This document shows, one piece after another, positions 61,915-64,000 of a stretch of DNA of 64,000 nucleotides. The stretch is from Amphiscolops sp. MND2022. Lineage: Eukaryota. Location: contig OZ076417.1 of the NCBI GenBank assembly GCA_964187785.1, positions 34,162,001 to 34,226,000 of the forward strand, read 5' to 3'. Position 1 is the first letter of the stretch. The number at the start of each line of letters is the position of its first letter. The notes beneath the pieces were generated by a model that was not told where the DNA came from, made no database searches, and saw only the letters and a list, made by a program, of their open reading frames with translations. The position numbers were made by a program, and so were the translations under genes.

Positions 61915-62604
61915 ATGACAGCGATCAGTAGCCTACGCAATCTCATCCTCATTACTCACGAGGAATATATATCTTTGAAACAACAAGCAAAGAAGCCAGA
62001 CGCTCGCGAAAAGCAAAAGCAACAAATACTTTCAAACGTCAGTCAAGATACACAACATGTGCATCAAGAACAAAACAACATGAACGTTTCTGAAACAGTA
62101 CAACAGTTATCAGAAGAGGCTCTAGTCGCGCAGCTGAATCTAAATTCAAGGTATCCTACAGAAACGGAGCTCCTTAAAAGCAGTGAAAAAGTGAACGAAT
62201 CACGTCAGAAACCGTCCGATCAAGTTTTGTCGAGTTTACTGGAATCTGGCGTCACAGGCGGGAAAGTTGAGAGATCACGACAAATTTTGAAGAAGATTGA
62301 AGATTGTGAGCGAACCACAATAGATGACACCAATCATATTATATTATTGGACCAACAAGACACAGGAATCAGTATAGTTGAATTTTTGTCTGCATTACAG
62401 GTGAATACTAAACAGTTGCCGAAAAGGTTTCTAACTTTGGTTGAAGTTCTCAGACTTCCGCAATTTTTACTGGCCAACACCTATGCAAGGCACACTAGCA
62501 GTCAGAATCAACATCAAATTAGACTTGCTGCCGGTGCTTCGCCCTACAAAAGACAGAAACTCGACAACGAAATCGCAACTAATCAGTGGCTCACGAACTT
62601 TTGA
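61915..62604 (+). CDS. 229-aa ORF resembling an uncharacterised Polinton accessory protein
   Basis: LILITHEEYISL N-terminus, ISIVEFL...LP..FL...LP..LLAN core and a terminal W; recalled similarity only. Confidence 0.5.
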   Translation: MTAISSLRNLILITHEEYISLKQQAKKPDAREKQKQQILSNVSQDTQHVHQEQNNMNVSETVQQLSEEALVAQLNLNSRYPTETELLKSSEKVNESRQKPSDQVLSSLLESGVTGGKVERSRQILKKIEDCERTTIDDTNHIILLDQQDTGISIVEFLSALQVNTKQLPKRFLTLVEVLRLPQFLLANTYARHTSSQNQHQIRLAAGASPYKRQKLDNEIATNQWLTNF

Positions 62605-62606
62605 GA

Positions 62607-62797
62607 ATGAAAAATAGAAGTGGTTCTGTGGATCATGCAAAACAGGTCTGGGTAAAGGGACAGAGAAAACTCCATCACTTTGGTGTCACGTTTGCGGATG
62701 GGTTCACTTCAAATGCAGTGGACTAACGGACAGCAAAGACTATCACGACAATTTCTTGTGCTCCAATTGCAAAAAAACACCGAAAATTGCTAGATGA
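62607..62797 (+). pseudogene. PHD-finger mini-ORF (not in the ORF track)
   Basis: From 62621: WFCGSC-x14-CHVCGWVHFKC-x13-CSNC, a C4HC3 pattern; stop TGA 62795-62797. The ATG at 62607 is one base out of frame. Confidence 0.75.
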
Positions 62798-63735
62798 TGA
62801 AGTAGACGGAGACTACGCATGCCTTCACAAAAATCCACGATTACTACACCAACCCTAAAAAGAGGTCTGCTTTCGGGGGTAGACTAAACTTGATAAAGGA
62901 ATCCAAGTTCCGTCCAAAAGATGTAGAACGTTATTTGAACTCGAGCGAAATTTACACAAAATTCAAACTGACTAGAAAACGTTTTCCACGGTTGAAAGTT
63001 TTTTGCTGTAGGCTGAATGAAATTTGGTCGGTCGACTTGGCTGACATGCAACAGCTGGCAAACAGTAATTCCGCCATCATATATCTATTTGTGACTGTAG
63101 ACGTCCTGAGTCGTTATTTATGGGTTGAACCCATCAAGATGAAAACAGCACAGTCATGTAGAGAAGCGTTGAAAACAATCATTGACAAGAATGAAAGGCA
63201 AAGCCCAGAAAAAATTTGGGTTGACAAGGGACGTGAGTATTCCGGCGACTTTGCTACTTTTTGCAGTCAGAAGGGGATTCAGATTTATTCCACCAGAAGT
63301 GAGACAAAGTCTGCATTAGCCGAAAGAAATATTAGATCTCTAAAATCGTTAATATTCAAATATATGCACGAACATGACCAAAGTAGATATTGTGATAAAC
63401 TTGACCAATTTGTGGCAATCATTAACAATCGGGTGAATCGAATGACAAAGTTAGCGCCGTCTTCAGTTTCAAAGAAAGACGTCAACTATTTAGTTTCTCT
63501 CTGTCACATAAACGCTCAAATGAAGCCAAAGTTCAAAATCGGCCAACAAGTTCGCATTCGACGAAAGATTGACACTTTTCATCGAGGTTACAAAATACAA
63601 TTCACAGAAGAACTGTTCACAATTATAGCAATACCAACTACCAATCCTCCAACTTACGTTGTTAAAGATTGTGACGGCGAAATTATCCAAGGTAAATTTT
63701 ACGAGCCTGAACTCGTGCGATTCGCTCCACATTGA
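62794..63735 (+). CDS. Polinton-type DDE integrase, with a nonsense codon just after the likely start
   Basis: IHDYYTNP..SAFGG, WSVDLADM, TVDVLSRYLW, VDKGREY, AERNIRSLK, FKIGQQVRI, GKFYEPEL. In-frame ATG ATG AAG TAG at 62794-62805, then open to 63735. Confidence 0.9.
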
Positions 63736-64000
63736 CAGTCTTCAACAATCTAGCGATGGCAGCTCAACTCTAAACACTAGTAGAGGGTTTAACTCAATAC
63801 GATGGTGTGTAAGTATTGAATGTGTGTATATGAATATGAACTATTGGGCATGATAAATGAACAATGTACAATGATAAAAAGAATGAGGTAGTACAATGCC
63901 AAAGACTTAAAAATAAGACGTTAAGATGAATTTCGGACGTCACAATAACGAATGTGTTACATTAGACAATACTGTGAACGTTGTGGATGGCAGAACGGGA

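Larger units (their letters stand above)
61402..64000 (+). mobile_element. Left end of a Polinton/Maverick element, running off the window
   Basis: AGTAGT start, ~285-bp terminal sequence, then a 229-aa ORF, a PHD mini-ORF and a Polinton-type integrase. Confidence 0.75.

Noticed and set aside
1-64000. Prokaryotic or contaminant origin, suggested by the AKR and TK genes
   Set aside because: Both genes have spliceosomal introns and are embedded among eukaryotic transposons and a septin.

Overview
Repeat-dense animal nuclear DNA: GT-AG introns, a SEPT6-group septin, and one 400-N gap at 44533-44932. The species cannot be determined from the sequence. Host genes, all on the + strand: an intronless FKBP-like/TPR gene, a RING-HC gene with a PEX10-like C-terminus, a 4-exon aldo-keto reductase of a type I know mainly from bacteria and fungi, the 3' exons of a septin, and a divergent thymidine kinase nested in a septin intron. 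The rest is mostly transposon-derived: decayed LINE, Copia, Gypsy, three CRE-clade non-LTR elements, Penelope, CR1, hAT, MULE-like MITEs, Helentron-like non-autonomous elements, and the left end of a Polinton/Maverick. Most notable: (1) a Gypsy 3' ORF with two tandem TARG1/OARD1-like macro domains; (2) a Polinton end with an unannotated PHD-finger ORF whose stop overlaps the integrase start; (3) a ~5.7 kb fold-back palindrome containing TK1, abutting a solo Polinton-like terminus; (4) a 285-bp tRNA-containing element with rolling-circle-type ends, shown mobile by a filled/empty site pair; (5) three local tandem duplications and twin 1-nt-loop palindromes. All family assignments come from manual motif recognition. 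No database search or alignment program was run, so coordinates of decayed elements are approximate.
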